Positions 50,931 to 61,082 of a DNA stretch of 64,000 bases are shown here, piece after piece; the first letter of the stretch is position 1; each line of letters opens with the position of its first letter. Source of the DNA: an uncultured Geobacter sp. GTDB lineage: Bacteria; Desulfobacterota; Desulfuromonadia; Geobacterales; CAIOGM01. The DNA is taken from NCBI GenBank assembly GCA_903902855.1, contig CAIUWK010000056.1, forward strand, positions 2,309-66,308, read 5' to 3'. The notes below the pieces were generated by a model. That model saw only the letters and a list, made by a program, of their open reading frames with translations, was not told where the DNA came from and searched no databases. The translations under genes were made by a program, and so were the position numbers.

Positions 50931-51225
50931 TCCACGAAGGACACGAGGAATGAACCTGATAAAAGCAATTGAACCACGAAAAACACGAAAAAAATAATCG
51001 GTTGACTCCGGACGACTTGTCACAAAATAAACTTTGAACCGCAAAGACGCAAAGTACGCGAAGAAAACTGAGAGAATCGACAGAACCTGGATTTTTTGGA
51101 TTATCTCAAAAAAAGCTTTTTCTTTGCGGTTTCTTTGCGTCCTTTGCGTCTTCGCGGTAAAAATGTTTTCGAATTTCGTTGTGCCGGTGAGAGTTATTCT
51201 ATTCCGGCTTATCAGACTTGGGATG
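50931..51225. repeat. Stack of periodic palindromic repeats downstream of vapC
   Basis: Two CACGAA..CACGA half-arms; full element ACCGCAAAGACGCAAAGTACGCGAAG ... CTTTGCGTCCTTTGCGTCTTCGCGGT (51038-51158); related half-arm at 32029-32057. Confidence 0.75.
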
Positions 51226-51236
51226 AATGCCGAACT

Positions 51237-51638
51237 TCAGCCAACCACCGTAATCTGCCGGTCACAACCGATCTCCCCTGCTTTGGCGAACAGTCTGCGA
51301 TCCATGGTTGCCAGTCCCCCAGGAAGAGAACTTGAGGCAAGATGCAGTGCATCCGCAAAATCAAGCCCCTGGTCGTACCACTCTATGGCCTGAGCAAAAG
51401 CAACAGCGTTTTCCGGTTCGATTGTGGGAAGACCAAGTATGTGATGCAGTCGCTCGACCACTACCTTTCGAGAGAGGTTGTAGCCGGAGGAGGAGGAGAG
51501 CACCCATACCAATTCCAGGAGAACGGTTTTCAGGATTTGACAGGAATTGTTTCGTAGGAAGTCAGTAGCGGCATCTGTCTGGATAGGGTCATCCTTGACC
51601 GCGTACCTGACGAGGATATTAGTGTCGATGCTTATCAC
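51237..51638 (-). CDS. vapC: PIN-domain toxin
   Basis: IDTNILVR, LELVWVL, DFADALH, TMDRR. Confidence 0.88.
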   Translation of the reverse strand: MISIDTNILVRYAVKDDPIQTDAATDFLRNNSCQILKTVLLELVWVLSSSSGYNLSRKVVVERLHHILGLPTIEPENAVAFAQAIEWYDQGLDFADALHLASSSLPGGLATMDRRLFAKAGEIGCDRQITVVG

Positions 51639-51886
51639 CTGTGACGGCCTGCTTCTATGGCCACGGCCTGGTCCATATCATCAAAGGAGAGTGGCGGACC
51701 AGAGTAAACCGATCGTGTGCCTGGGGGTTCAAAAGACGTTTCGGGGAAAGGCTTTACCGGTTTGAGTAACACGGCATCACCTCGGTCAATGACTATGAAT
51801 TCGGTGCCGGTGTTCCAGTGATGCCGGTCCCGGATTGTCTTAGGGAGTACGAATTGTCCTTTACTGGAGAGGGCGACGGTTTCCAT
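51635..51886 (-). CDS. AbrB/MazE-family antitoxin
   Basis: LSSKGQFVLPK.IR; 4-nt overlap with vapC; own promoter TTGACA-N17-TATTGT at about 51917-51945. Confidence 0.88.
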   Translation of the reverse strand: METVALSSKGQFVLPKTIRDRHHWNTGTEFIVIDRGDAVLLKPVKPFPETSFEPPGTRSVYSGPPLSFDDMDQAVAIEAGRHR

Positions 51887-51957
51887 GAAAACCTCCGGTA
51901 AGAATCTGGTAAGACAACAATAGAAGGATGGCGCCCATTTGTCAAGCTCGACAAATC

Positions 51958-52108
51958 AACCTAAAAAAGCAGTTCACCACAGAGTCACAGAGTTAAGGTG
52001 TATGTGAATCTCACAAATTGTTCTATGTCAGCCATGTTTGCCATGACATTTCCCTTCGATAAACAGCCTACCGGCCGGTATCGTATTTGACTTACTCTGC
52101 GAGAGACA
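51958..52108. repeat. Repeat half-arms upstream of the AbrB-vapC pair
   Basis: AACCTAAAAAAGCAGTTCACCACAGAGTCACAGAG (as at 29310) and CTCTGCGAGAGACAATTT (as at 29291). Confidence 0.75.
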
Positions 52109-52131
52109 ATTTTAACGGTTCAATGATTCTC

Positions 52132-53229
52132 TCATCCATTAATGAGTTCACGAAACAGCTCCTCATACTGGTCGGTGACAAGATCCCAGCTGTAATGCGC
52201 GGTGATTCGCTCCACAGCCTTCTTTTTAAAAACATGCAACTCATCGGCATGGTCCAGAACCCACTGCATCCGGGAGGCAAGATCCTCCGGACTCTTCCGG
52301 TAATAGATTCCGGCGTCAAGCAGGACATCGTGGCTGAAAGAGACGTCAATCGCAATAGTAAAACAACCACTGGCCATGGTCTGGAGCAGAGCCGGATTGG
52401 TCCCCCCCACCTCGTTGCCGTGAACATAGGCGAAACAGTTGCACCAGAGCTCATTCAGCAGTTCACGGTCATAGACGGATCCCGGCAAGATAACCCGCTC
52501 ATCGGCTTCAGCGGCAATGGCGCGACTGTACGAACTCTCATAGGGAACGCCACCCACCACAAGGAGCTTTTTCGTGGTGTTTAGGCGCTTGAATGCCTGA
52601 ATCGTCAACAGGGGATTATTTTCCGGTTCGAAACGGGTCACCTGGAGAAAATACTCTCCGGGAGCTACTCCCAGGGATTCGATCAAAGACGGATTACGAC
52701 TCTTCTCTACATAAGCACCATAGCTGATATGAGCGCCTTCGACTCTATACTGATTTCGATAGTAATCCTGGATGCCGAGGGAATCGGTGACAATCCGGTT
52801 GGCGACTTTGCAGGAGAGCCACTCGGCGAACTTGTAGTACCGGCGTCCCACCGGCCCCCACTTACCCCGCTTCCACTCAAGACCATCGGTATTTATAGCG
52901 ATCCGGCGCCCAAGCAGGCGCGGCAAAAGCAGCGCAGGACTGTTTGCGGCGTTGAATACCATGAGGACGTCGAATGGTTGCCTAGCAGCATCAAAGACTG
53001 AAAGTAAAGTATGAGATAGAGTATCGAGTGATTTTCGTTTTAGATTAGGAAGATATTTAAGTTTCATTCCCAGGTAGGCAGGTAATTTGTTTTCGTAATA
53101 ACTGTCACGACAATAAACGGTGACCTCATGGCCTCGATCTATCAACCGTTTACCGAGTTCCTCAACGCAGGTCTCGAAACCACCGTAATGCGCTGGCACC
53201 CCTCGTGTCCCAATTAGTGCGATCCTCAC
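52132..53229 (-). CDS. GT4 glycosyltransferase with DUF1972-like N-terminus
   Basis: IGTRGVPAHYGGFET, DGLEWKRGKW, RFEPENN, VGGTNPALL. Confidence 0.85.
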   Translation of the reverse strand: MRIALIGTRGVPAHYGGFETCVEELGKRLIDRGHEVTVYCRDSYYENKLPAYLGMKLKYLPNLKRKSLDTLSHTLLSVFDAARQPFDVLMVFNAANSPALLLPRLLGRRIAINTDGLEWKRGKWGPVGRRYYKFAEWLSCKVANRIVTDSLGIQDYYRNQYRVEGAHISYGAYVEKSRNPSLIESLGVAPGEYFLQVTRFEPENNPLLTIQAFKRLNTTKKLLVVGGVPYESSYSRAIAAEADERVILPGSVYDRELLNELWCNCFAYVHGNEVGGTNPALLQTMASGCFTIAIDVSFSHDVLLDAGIYYRKSPEDLASRMQWVLDHADELHVFKKKAVERITAHYSWDLVTDQYEELFRELING

Positions 53230-54392
53230 TAGTTAAGACCAAGCTTACTGCAAACATTTTCATATACACTTTTTGTCTTTTCACCGATTTGGTGCCAACC
53301 ATATTCGTTGTTCATCGTAACAAAGCCTGCTTCAGCGACAGCTTCGCGCTTCATATCGTCCTGGAGTGCACTTATTAGCACGGCGGAAAGATCCTCTGAA
53401 TCATTAGAAGAGAAGACAAAACCGTTTATTCCTGTGTTTATAACTTCCATCATTCCTGGTAAGTCTGAAACGACTACTGCTCTGGCATGACTCATGGCCA
53501 TAAGAAGCACGGCACTCTGATATATTCGCCTGTATGGCAGAACCACTAGGTCAGCAGCAGCAAAAAATGATAGCGCTTCTATATCTGGAATGTATCGAAT
53601 ATCAAGCCGTATCATATCAGTAGATGAAAAATTACCAATTAAATCTGCGTACACATTAAAATCATCCTTCCACAATTTACCAGCTACAAGTAAGAGCGAT
53701 TCAGGAACTGCATTGTGTGTTTTTTCCCAAGCATTCAATAAGATATCAAGACCCTTTACCTGTTTAATCTGACCAAAAAAAAGAGTAACCTTCGAAGAAT
53801 CAGATATATTGAGAAATTTTCTAGCATTCGACCTGCTAGGCGCCTTATGGACAAAATCTATATAATTTCCAGATGGTACAATATTTATCTTACTAATGTC
53901 GTTAATGCCTAACCCCGTTATTGATTTTTTACTAAAAATATTATGCACAATTATGGCATCGGATTTATTGAAAATATAACGCAAGACTCTCAAAGAACTG
54001 CCGGCTGCGAAACTTTCTACGTCGTGAACCGTAGTCACAATAGCCATTCCAAATATTTTAGCGAGCACTATCTCTGTGAGTTCTAGCACTCCATAGCTAA
54101 ACATATGATAGTGAACAATCTTGACACCAGTACTCTTGGCGTGTCGGAGGCTTTTGACGAGGCCAGAAATAAAACGAACAAAGCGAATCAACTTATGCGT
54201 ACTTCCGTAAATATTCACAAAAAAACAAAAAGTTTCAGATCTATGGACAGGTGGAACCTCAGTTACGCTGCACGTATAGAGGGTAGCACGCACGCCTAAA
54301 TCCTTTAAAGCAGCCAGCAGACCAAAGTCATAATAATTCATGCCACCATGGCCGCCAACCGGCTCGATTATAGCTACCTTTAAATCAATCAT
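53229..54392 (-). CDS. Glycosyltransferase family 4
   Basis: GGMNYY, TVHDV, FGQIKQVKGLD, LPYRRIYQSAVL. Confidence 0.82.
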   Translation of the reverse strand: MIDLKVAIIEPVGGHGGMNYYDFGLLAALKDLGVRATLYTCSVTEVPPVHRSETFCFFVNIYGSTHKLIRFVRFISGLVKSLRHAKSTGVKIVHYHMFSYGVLELTEIVLAKIFGMAIVTTVHDVESFAAGSSLRVLRYIFNKSDAIIVHNIFSKKSITGLGINDISKINIVPSGNYIDFVHKAPSRSNARKFLNISDSSKVTLFFGQIKQVKGLDILLNAWEKTHNAVPESLLLVAGKLWKDDFNVYADLIGNFSSTDMIRLDIRYIPDIEALSFFAAADLVVLPYRRIYQSAVLLMAMSHARAVVVSDLPGMMEVINTGINGFVFSSNDSEDLSAVLISALQDDMKREAVAEAGFVTMNNEYGWHQIGEKTKSVYENVCSKLGLN

Positions 54393-54464
54393 ATTGAACA
54401 CCAGTAACAGCTCCAGACAATATTTAAATGCATACCCCATAAAAACATTCGTAACAAGATCTCG

Positions 54465-55730
54465 CTACGGAAAAAAACTAGTATCATTAAATACTTTAAA
54501 TCGCTCAGATTCTCTCATCTCTAAGCCTAACACTAAACCGATACCTGCTATACTTAACAAATTAAATGAATTTTCGGAAACAAACGCTATTGCAAGCTGA
54601 GCTATTATGACTTTCTTGGCAAAATTATGTCTAGACAAACTTCTTAGCATTACAAATAAAACTAAAAACCAAACACATGTCCCTACTATCCCTAACTGGC
54701 CCAATAAAGCACCAACAAATGAATCACCAATACCTAAATCGATTGACTCACCAAGCATAGATGAATAATTACCTATCAAACCTATTCCGTGACCAAACAA
54801 TGACAAAGATACTAAACTACTGTAAAATCCAAGCAGATGCACCATGAAACCATCGTGACTATATATGATTAATGGCGCGGCAAGAATGCTTAAGATGCAA
54901 ATTGCTATTCTGAATTTATGATTTAACTTTTCATTTAATATCAACAACACAAGACTCAATTGAAGCCAAGCACCTTTACAATAAGTCAATAGCAAAGCAA
55001 TCGACAATAATATAATTAAAAAATACCTAAAAACTTTGTTCACGCTAAAAGACTTGCAGTAAATCAGCACGCATAGCCATAAGACTATCGAGTGACCCAG
55101 ATTGATTGGGTCAAGAAAAGCAGAAACCATTCGAACCGAACCATTACCTGGTATTTCTATGGCCTCAGGAATAATAGCCTTAGTTGGCTCTATAAAAAAA
55201 ACAGGATACCCATTGCCAAAAAGTGGTATTGATTTAGCTTCGAAGTAATCGTACAAAAAACCTGTCTGCCAAAAATACATTGATCGCTCTACGTACCCAA
55301 AAATTACTATTAATATACCTGTAAACATGATCCATTTATAAATTTTTTGAACTGAATTAATAGAGTTACTAAAAATATAGCCCAACAAAATAAAACTATA
55401 AATACTTATGATCTGCCTTACAGATGACAGCTTGGCCAATGCACTCGCGCTGCTACTACTGCAATATAATAAAAGCATAATCATTACGTACACACCTGAT
55501 ACAACGGGCATATCATTAAGTTTATATTTACAGATAAACAGCCCAAACAATAAAACTGAGTACAATGAAACATCTTTCAACATAAGAAAAGACTGGCTAT
55601 AATCTTTAAAAATAAAACATAATACCGCTATAACAAGAGATGACACACACAACCATAGATACATAATCCCAAGTAAACCGCTTTTCCTTAAGCAAAAACG
55701 TATTTTATTACTACCTTGCGCATATTCCAT
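54465..55730 (-). CDS. Probable Wzy polymerase (polytopic membrane protein)
   Basis: About 11 TMs, RMVSAFLDPINLG loop, AT-rich, central position in the glycan locus. Confidence 0.6.
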   Translation of the reverse strand: MEYAQGSNKIRFCLRKSGLLGIMYLWLCVSSLVIAVLCFIFKDYSQSFLMLKDVSLYSVLLFGLFICKYKLNDMPVVSGVYVMIMLLLYCSSSSASALAKLSSVRQIISIYSFILLGYIFSNSINSVQKIYKWIMFTGILIVIFGYVERSMYFWQTGFLYDYFEAKSIPLFGNGYPVFFIEPTKAIIPEAIEIPGNGSVRMVSAFLDPINLGHSIVLWLCVLIYCKSFSVNKVFRYFLIILLSIALLLTYCKGAWLQLSLVLLILNEKLNHKFRIAICILSILAAPLIIYSHDGFMVHLLGFYSSLVSLSLFGHGIGLIGNYSSMLGESIDLGIGDSFVGALLGQLGIVGTCVWFLVLFVMLRSLSRHNFAKKVIIAQLAIAFVSENSFNLLSIAGIGLVLGLEMRESERFKVFNDTSFFP

Positions 55731-55750
55731 GTAAAATCCATATCATTAAT

Positions 55751-56869
55751 TTATTGCAACTCACCATTAACCATGGTTTTCTTTGACCCGTTATCCGCAT
55801 CCATATAGCAACAACCATACTCTTTGGCACCACAGAATATACTTAATATAACAAAAATCTTGCTCCATTGGCGCCTGCGAAGCCTGTTCAACAGAGCAAG
55901 ACACATGGAAAAATAAACTGTCAACAATGCAGCAGGGTAATACTTACGCGTAAAAATGATCCTACTTTTCATGAAGAAAAATTCAGCCTTATTACTTTTT
56001 ATTGCCTGATTACAACTTGACCCGATACTAGCGCCTTCTTTGTGGTATACAATACTATTACGAGAATATACTAGACCGAATTGCCCTCGAGATCGAACCG
56101 CCCAATCAATTTCCTCAAAATACAAGAAATATTCCTCATTCAAAAGCCCTATTTTTTTTACAAATTCCTTACTAACAAACATTGAAGCACCCTCAACATA
56201 ACTCATATCAGAGACTGCGCATCTATTACTTATGAGCAAATCGATGCTTTGCATGGCGCATAATTTCCTCCCAATGCCAAGCCATTTGTTATAATTAACC
56301 CCTCCCGCAACTTGAACTTTATCTGGATCTGAGTAATAAACAAGAGTTGATCCGCAAATTCCTGCAGATGGGTTATCCTCCATTGTTTTGACTAACATAG
56401 TCAATGAATCGCATGCTGAGACTGCATCGTTATTTAATAGCCATATAAAATCATTATCACCTGCTTTTTCAGCATACCTGATACCGACATTATTCCCACC
56501 AGCAAACCCTAGATTGCCACCAGTTTTTATTATGGTAAGCTTTAAATCTTTATTATATTCTGACACATGTTCGGTCTGTAGATTATTAACAATCAACTGA
56601 CATTTAATTGGTTTCACTACAGGAGGCCAGGACAGAGATCTTAGTTTATTATTGGCACCTACATATACATTAAGCAGGCCATCTGCCCAGGACACTATTT
56701 TAGCCACAGAACCATCATGTGAATTATTATCACACACAATAACACGGTAATTATGGTAGTTGCTCCGAAACACACTCTCTAGGCATTCAAGCGTGTCTGC
56801 CCAGCCATTCCAATTCAGTATTACAACATACACTAACCTATCATTCACAATGAGGCATCCATTAACCAA
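55751..56869 (-). CDS. Glycosyltransferase family 2
   Basis: VILNWN, NLGFAGGNN, LLNND, YFLYFEEIDW. Confidence 0.85.
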   Translation of the reverse strand: MVNGCLIVNDRLVYVVILNWNGWADTLECLESVFRSNYHNYRVIVCDNNSHDGSVAKIVSWADGLLNVYVGANNKLRSLSWPPVVKPIKCQLIVNNLQTEHVSEYNKDLKLTIIKTGGNLGFAGGNNVGIRYAEKAGDNDFIWLLNNDAVSACDSLTMLVKTMEDNPSAGICGSTLVYYSDPDKVQVAGGVNYNKWLGIGRKLCAMQSIDLLISNRCAVSDMSYVEGASMFVSKEFVKKIGLLNEEYFLYFEEIDWAVRSRGQFGLVYSRNSIVYHKEGASIGSSCNQAIKSNKAEFFFMKSRIIFTRKYYPAALLTVYFSMCLALLNRLRRRQWSKIFVILSIFCGAKEYGCCYMDADNGSKKTMVNGELQ

Positions 56870-56933
56870 ATAAGATGAAAATAGTTAATTCAATTCATGC
56901 ATTTACGAGAACAGAAAACAGCAAAATTTGTAT

Positions 56934-58463
56934 TCAATTATTTTTCAATCTCATTATTATGGTATTTATAGCCACAAACTCTGGTTGTCTGGTAAAGCGC
57001 AATCCAGAAATAACGCAAACAATAGCAGCTATCTCCGATATCAAAATATTTATTATAGAAATTTTAGTTGCAAGCATCGAGTGTATATATTCTGAAACGA
57101 AGAGACCGCTACCCAATATTAGCAAGATCGAACCTAACCTGTTTAATAATACAGGCATCGAAATACCAATAAAAAGTAACAAGACAATTCCAAGCACTAT
57201 ATGTGTTACCGCCCACGCGGTAGCCATAAAGATAAGACCATACATATTCCCCCACACAAGATTCAATGTAACAATTATGATCTGGATTAAAACAGCAATT
57301 CCTGCGTATAGTTTTCCTTTTTTTTGAGCAACAAGAGCTTGACCGGCGACCGAGTAAACGACTACACCAAACAGCCCGATGGTTAAAATTCTAGTAACTT
57401 TAGCCATCATGATTCTTTCGACAATGGTAATTTTATGTGCGAAAAAAAGATTGATGAGGTCTTCCGAGCACACGGCTAAGATAACCACAACTGGTATCAT
57501 TCCCAGGAAAATCATTCGTAAATATTCGCAGACATCATCTTGAATGTGCTGAGTTTTATTATTGGAAAATTTGGCCGCTAGCGCAGGAGCTAATACCGTC
57601 GCGATGGTTCCCATTATTACACCTTGTGGCACTTGCACGAGCTTTTGTGCATAGTCTAAAATCGAAGCATTGCCAACGCCCAACCCCATACTAATTCTTT
57701 TTTCAATAAGCGAAACCAATTGACCAAAAAAATAGGGGAGATAGAACGGTAGAGCACTAACCAACAGGGTCCAACAAAGCGTAATGTTAGGGAGTAAACT
57801 TATTATAGGACTTGGTTGCCATTTCCGAATCTCTCTCACAAGCAGCAATAGCAAAACAAAATTACCGACATACATAGCCAATATTAGTGATCCTACTCCG
57901 AGGTAATCTGCCAGAGCGACGATAAATATGACATTAAAGATACTTATTACTATACCATATAACTCGGGAATAAAGAATACATTCTGGCAGTTCAATATCG
58001 AAGTCCATCCATTTACAAGCTGCGTCAGTACAAGTGAAGGAATTATTAGACGCACGTAAAAAATAAAATTATGTCTATCGACGCCGGTCAGATTTTGAGC
58101 AATCATATTACATACAAGTTCAGGCTTTAATTCTATAACTAGTACGGCTAAAACCGATATCCATAGATAAAAAGAACAGATAGATGCATTAGTTTGTCCA
58201 AGCACTACATTTCCCTGCTCTACCCGTATATGGATACATTTAGTACGAAACACCTCATTAATAGGACCGAATAGCAATTGCAGTATTACCATCGTAAAAG
58301 CGGTGCACAGAACCCATGCATCACGCTCAGCTGAAACACCAAAATATCGCGCTGCGACAACAAGTGTCATTGCTGTCATGATGGCGCGCACTAAACGAAT
58401 CACAGCGATGCCGATCGATATTTTTTTGGTCGAACCGGTAAATTTCGCTGCCAAACTCTTCAT
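56934..58463 (-). CDS. MurJ/MviN-like MOP flippase
   Basis: ARYFGVS..DAW, LDYAQKLVQVP, about 13 TMs. Confidence 0.75.
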   Translation of the reverse strand: MKSLAAKFTGSTKKISIGIAVIRLVRAIMTAMTLVVAARYFGVSAERDAWVLCTAFTMVILQLLFGPINEVFRTKCIHIRVEQGNVVLGQTNASICSFYLWISVLAVLVIELKPELVCNMIAQNLTGVDRHNFIFYVRLIIPSLVLTQLVNGWTSILNCQNVFFIPELYGIVISIFNVIFIVALADYLGVGSLILAMYVGNFVLLLLLVREIRKWQPSPIISLLPNITLCWTLLVSALPFYLPYFFGQLVSLIEKRISMGLGVGNASILDYAQKLVQVPQGVIMGTIATVLAPALAAKFSNNKTQHIQDDVCEYLRMIFLGMIPVVVILAVCSEDLINLFFAHKITIVERIMMAKVTRILTIGLFGVVVYSVAGQALVAQKKGKLYAGIAVLIQIIIVTLNLVWGNMYGLIFMATAWAVTHIVLGIVLLLFIGISMPVLLNRLGSILLILGSGLFVSEYIHSMLATKISIINILISEIAAIVCVISGLRFTRQPEFVAINTIIMRLKNN

Positions 58464-59650
58464 CAAACAACCTGTCTTTGTAAAAAATGGCCGAGCCAAG
58501 AGGCCAAATCCGAGCAGATCGAGCTCCAACAAAACTTCCTAGAATGTTCATATATATTGTGCATCTTATCTTCTGTGTCAATTTCGTTAACAATGATCTT
58601 GTGTAGCACCTCGCACAACTCTGTGTCTGAGCGCACAATTGATCCCAGTGAACCATTACCGGTAATGTCTGCGGCACTATCAACTGGTGTCGTTACAATA
58701 TAACAACCAAAATACAAGGCATCTATCATTGCAAGGGAAAAGCTTTCTCTTCTTGATGTCAAGCAAAACACTTTCGCCCGAGCATACCACGAATACAATT
58801 CAACACGACTTTCTATGTTACCGGTAAGAATAATCCGATCTTTCAATTCAGGCATTCGCAAGAGCAACAATGCTAGTTTGTTGCGAAATTCGATGTCGAT
58901 TGGGCCTATAAATGCAAAATACCAATCCTTGATATCAAGCATGGAAATTGAAGTCAAAAGCATTTCAGAGTTTTTTTCATACGACCCTATTCTCCCAACG
59001 CTTATTATCAGGTTTTCCTTTTTGCAATAACATCTTTTAAAGTTATTTCTTTCTAGGAAATAAGTGTCGATACCATTAGGCATTATTTTAAGTTTCTGTG
59101 CAGATGAAGGATAAGCTTTGATAAAATATTCGTATGCAGTAGAGGTTTCTATAGTCATCAAATTTGGAATTAAGCGTATAAATAGAACTCGAAACAAATA
59201 TTTAAAGTAATTATTTAAGTTAGTCAAAACACACTTACGTTCATCACCTACACAATACGAACTATAATCAAGCTTTATATAAACTACTCCTTTATTATTT
59301 AACAATTTATATACAAGAGATTGAATAATAGTTTCACGGTTAAGGTGGAACATGTGCAAAACGTCAATCGATTTAGCATTACACAGCAGATAACGAATTA
59401 CTTCCTGGGCGGGCCATCTGTAAACATGGTAACCAGCATTTTGGGCAATACTATGGATTTTGAGAGGCTTTGCCAGTTCGGTCAAATACGGCATGTCCTC
59501 CGAGCGAGAAAAACAGACCAAGGTTGAATCAAAACCTTGCTCCCTTGCCATCAAACATGGGATCATCCCAACATCCTTGGCGATGTGTATGTTTTGAGCC
59601 GGGGGAAATAACGTTACAAATTTTGGCATGAGGCAACGCTCTGAATTCAA
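58463..59650 (-). CDS. Glycosyltransferase family 4
   Basis: KDVGMIP, MPNGID, VGRIG..K, TSRRESFSL. Confidence 0.8.
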   Translation of the reverse strand: MNSERCLMPKFVTLFPPAQNIHIAKDVGMIPCLMAREQGFDSTLVCFSRSEDMPYLTELAKPLKIHSIAQNAGYHVYRWPAQEVIRYLLCNAKSIDVLHMFHLNRETIIQSLVYKLLNNKGVVYIKLDYSSYCVGDERKCVLTNLNNYFKYLFRVLFIRLIPNLMTIETSTAYEYFIKAYPSSAQKLKIMPNGIDTYFLERNNFKRCYCKKENLIISVGRIGSYEKNSEMLLTSISMLDIKDWYFAFIGPIDIEFRNKLALLLLRMPELKDRIILTGNIESRVELYSWYARAKVFCLTSRRESFSLAMIDALYFGCYIVTTPVDSAADITGNGSLGSIVRSDTELCEVLHKIIVNEIDTEDKMHNIYEHSRKFCWSSICSDLASWLGHFLQRQVV

Positions 59651-59767
59651 TATAAAACTCCATAATAGTTCTATATTATTTGAATAAGATCCCAGATTAA
59701 AAATTAGGCAATAAGTGTACCATGGTGATCAGATCTTTAGAATATCGATTCCCTCTGCTATCTCGCC

Positions 59768-61024
59768 TCAGACATTACTCCTGATAGCAAACAGTTGCCT
59801 AAAGAGTTTGCGACTACGTTCCTTCTGGTCGTCCCCCATCTCAAGGATGAATGCAATAAGAATTGATACAATGAACGCCACAGCGGAGGCCACCATAACA
59901 ATCTTACGTTTGTTCGGTTTAAGGCTCTTGTCAGACTCACGGGCCTTCTGAATGACCTGAATTGTGTCAACGTTCTTAGCCTCGCTCAGCTTTGACAGTT
60001 CTAACTGCTTGGTCAGGAGTTCGAGGAGGGTCTCCTGTAACTTGAATTCGCGCATGAGGCGCAGGTAGCGCTGTCCTAGGACTGGCACTGAACCGATGCC
60101 AGGCAGTGCCCCCCCCTGCCTGGCGCCCTCATATTTAGCAATCTGTGCTTTGACATTGGAAATAACAATATGCTGGTTTCTGACATCCTGACTTGAGTCC
60201 GTGAAAACTCGACGCAAGCCGGCAAGTCTGACCTCTTCAGCAGCTAACCGCCCTTCAAGTTCGGCTACTCCTTTAATAGTCCCCTTGACCTGTTCAGAAA
60301 TATCCATCGCCTTGTATTTTGCCTGAAATTCTTTAAGCGAATCGGAAGCCTTGTCAAAATCTACCTTTACCTTGGTAAGGCGCTCTTCCACATATGATCT
60401 GTTATTTTGAGCGCTCGCAATACCCAGTCTAGTAGCAAGTTTACCAACCTCATCTACATAGGCGTTGGCCATGTCGGAGGCCCGCTTGGGATCCTTGTCA
60501 TCGACAGTTATGGAAATGATTCCATCTTTCTTACCAATTTCAATCTTTACCATTTTATCCAGCAATTTATAGGCAAAAACGCGGTATTTTGTCTTATATT
60601 CATTAATAACATTGAAACGATCAATGATGACATCTTTGATGGCTTCGCTTTCCAAAATCTTGGCGTAAAGATCAGACGGTCCGCCTTTGCCGAGCAGATC
60701 ACTGGCTAGGCTTGACATGGCCCCTCCCCCGCCGATCATGCCCATCATACTCACCATGCCCGAGTCCTGCTGCGGTGGAAGAATAAGCGCTGTAGAGGAA
60801 TAGAGATGTGTCATTGTCATCGAGATCAACAGTGCGATAACAGCCGCCCCCATCGTAAACAGGCATATCATGTTCCGCCGCTTGACAATAACTTCAAGGT
60901 AGTCGAGGAGGTCTATGACGTCAGGATCAGTATCCTGGCGTTCAGGACGCCCGGCATGAGCATTCCCGGGTAATTGTGTTGAAGGGGTTGAAGAAAGACT
61001 AGGGGAACTCGTGGACGGAATCAT
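59768..61024 (-). CDS. Polysaccharide co-polymerase / chain-length determinant (Wzz/GumC-like)
   Basis: IDLLDYL, two flanking TMs, coiled coil, IQVIQKA...KP. Confidence 0.82.
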   Translation of the reverse strand: MIPSTSSPSLSSTPSTQLPGNAHAGRPERQDTDPDVIDLLDYLEVIVKRRNMICLFTMGAAVIALLISMTMTHLYSSTALILPPQQDSGMVSMMGMIGGGGAMSSLASDLLGKGGPSDLYAKILESEAIKDVIIDRFNVINEYKTKYRVFAYKLLDKMVKIEIGKKDGIISITVDDKDPKRASDMANAYVDEVGKLATRLGIASAQNNRSYVEERLTKVKVDFDKASDSLKEFQAKYKAMDISEQVKGTIKGVAELEGRLAAEEVRLAGLRRVFTDSSQDVRNQHIVISNVKAQIAKYEGARQGGALPGIGSVPVLGQRYLRLMREFKLQETLLELLTKQLELSKLSEAKNVDTIQVIQKARESDKSLKPNKRKIVMVASAVAFIVSILIAFILEMGDDQKERSRKLFRQLFAIRSNV

Positions 61025-61082
61025 GTTCTCTCCGATAAATAAAACCTGCGAATCAACGAATACGACGCGCCGCAATATGTTG

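Noticed and set aside
46814..52108. Classical integron cassette array
   Set aside because: No convincing attC (RYYYAAC...GTTRRRY) pairs and no intI in the window; the intact TAs appear to carry their own promoters
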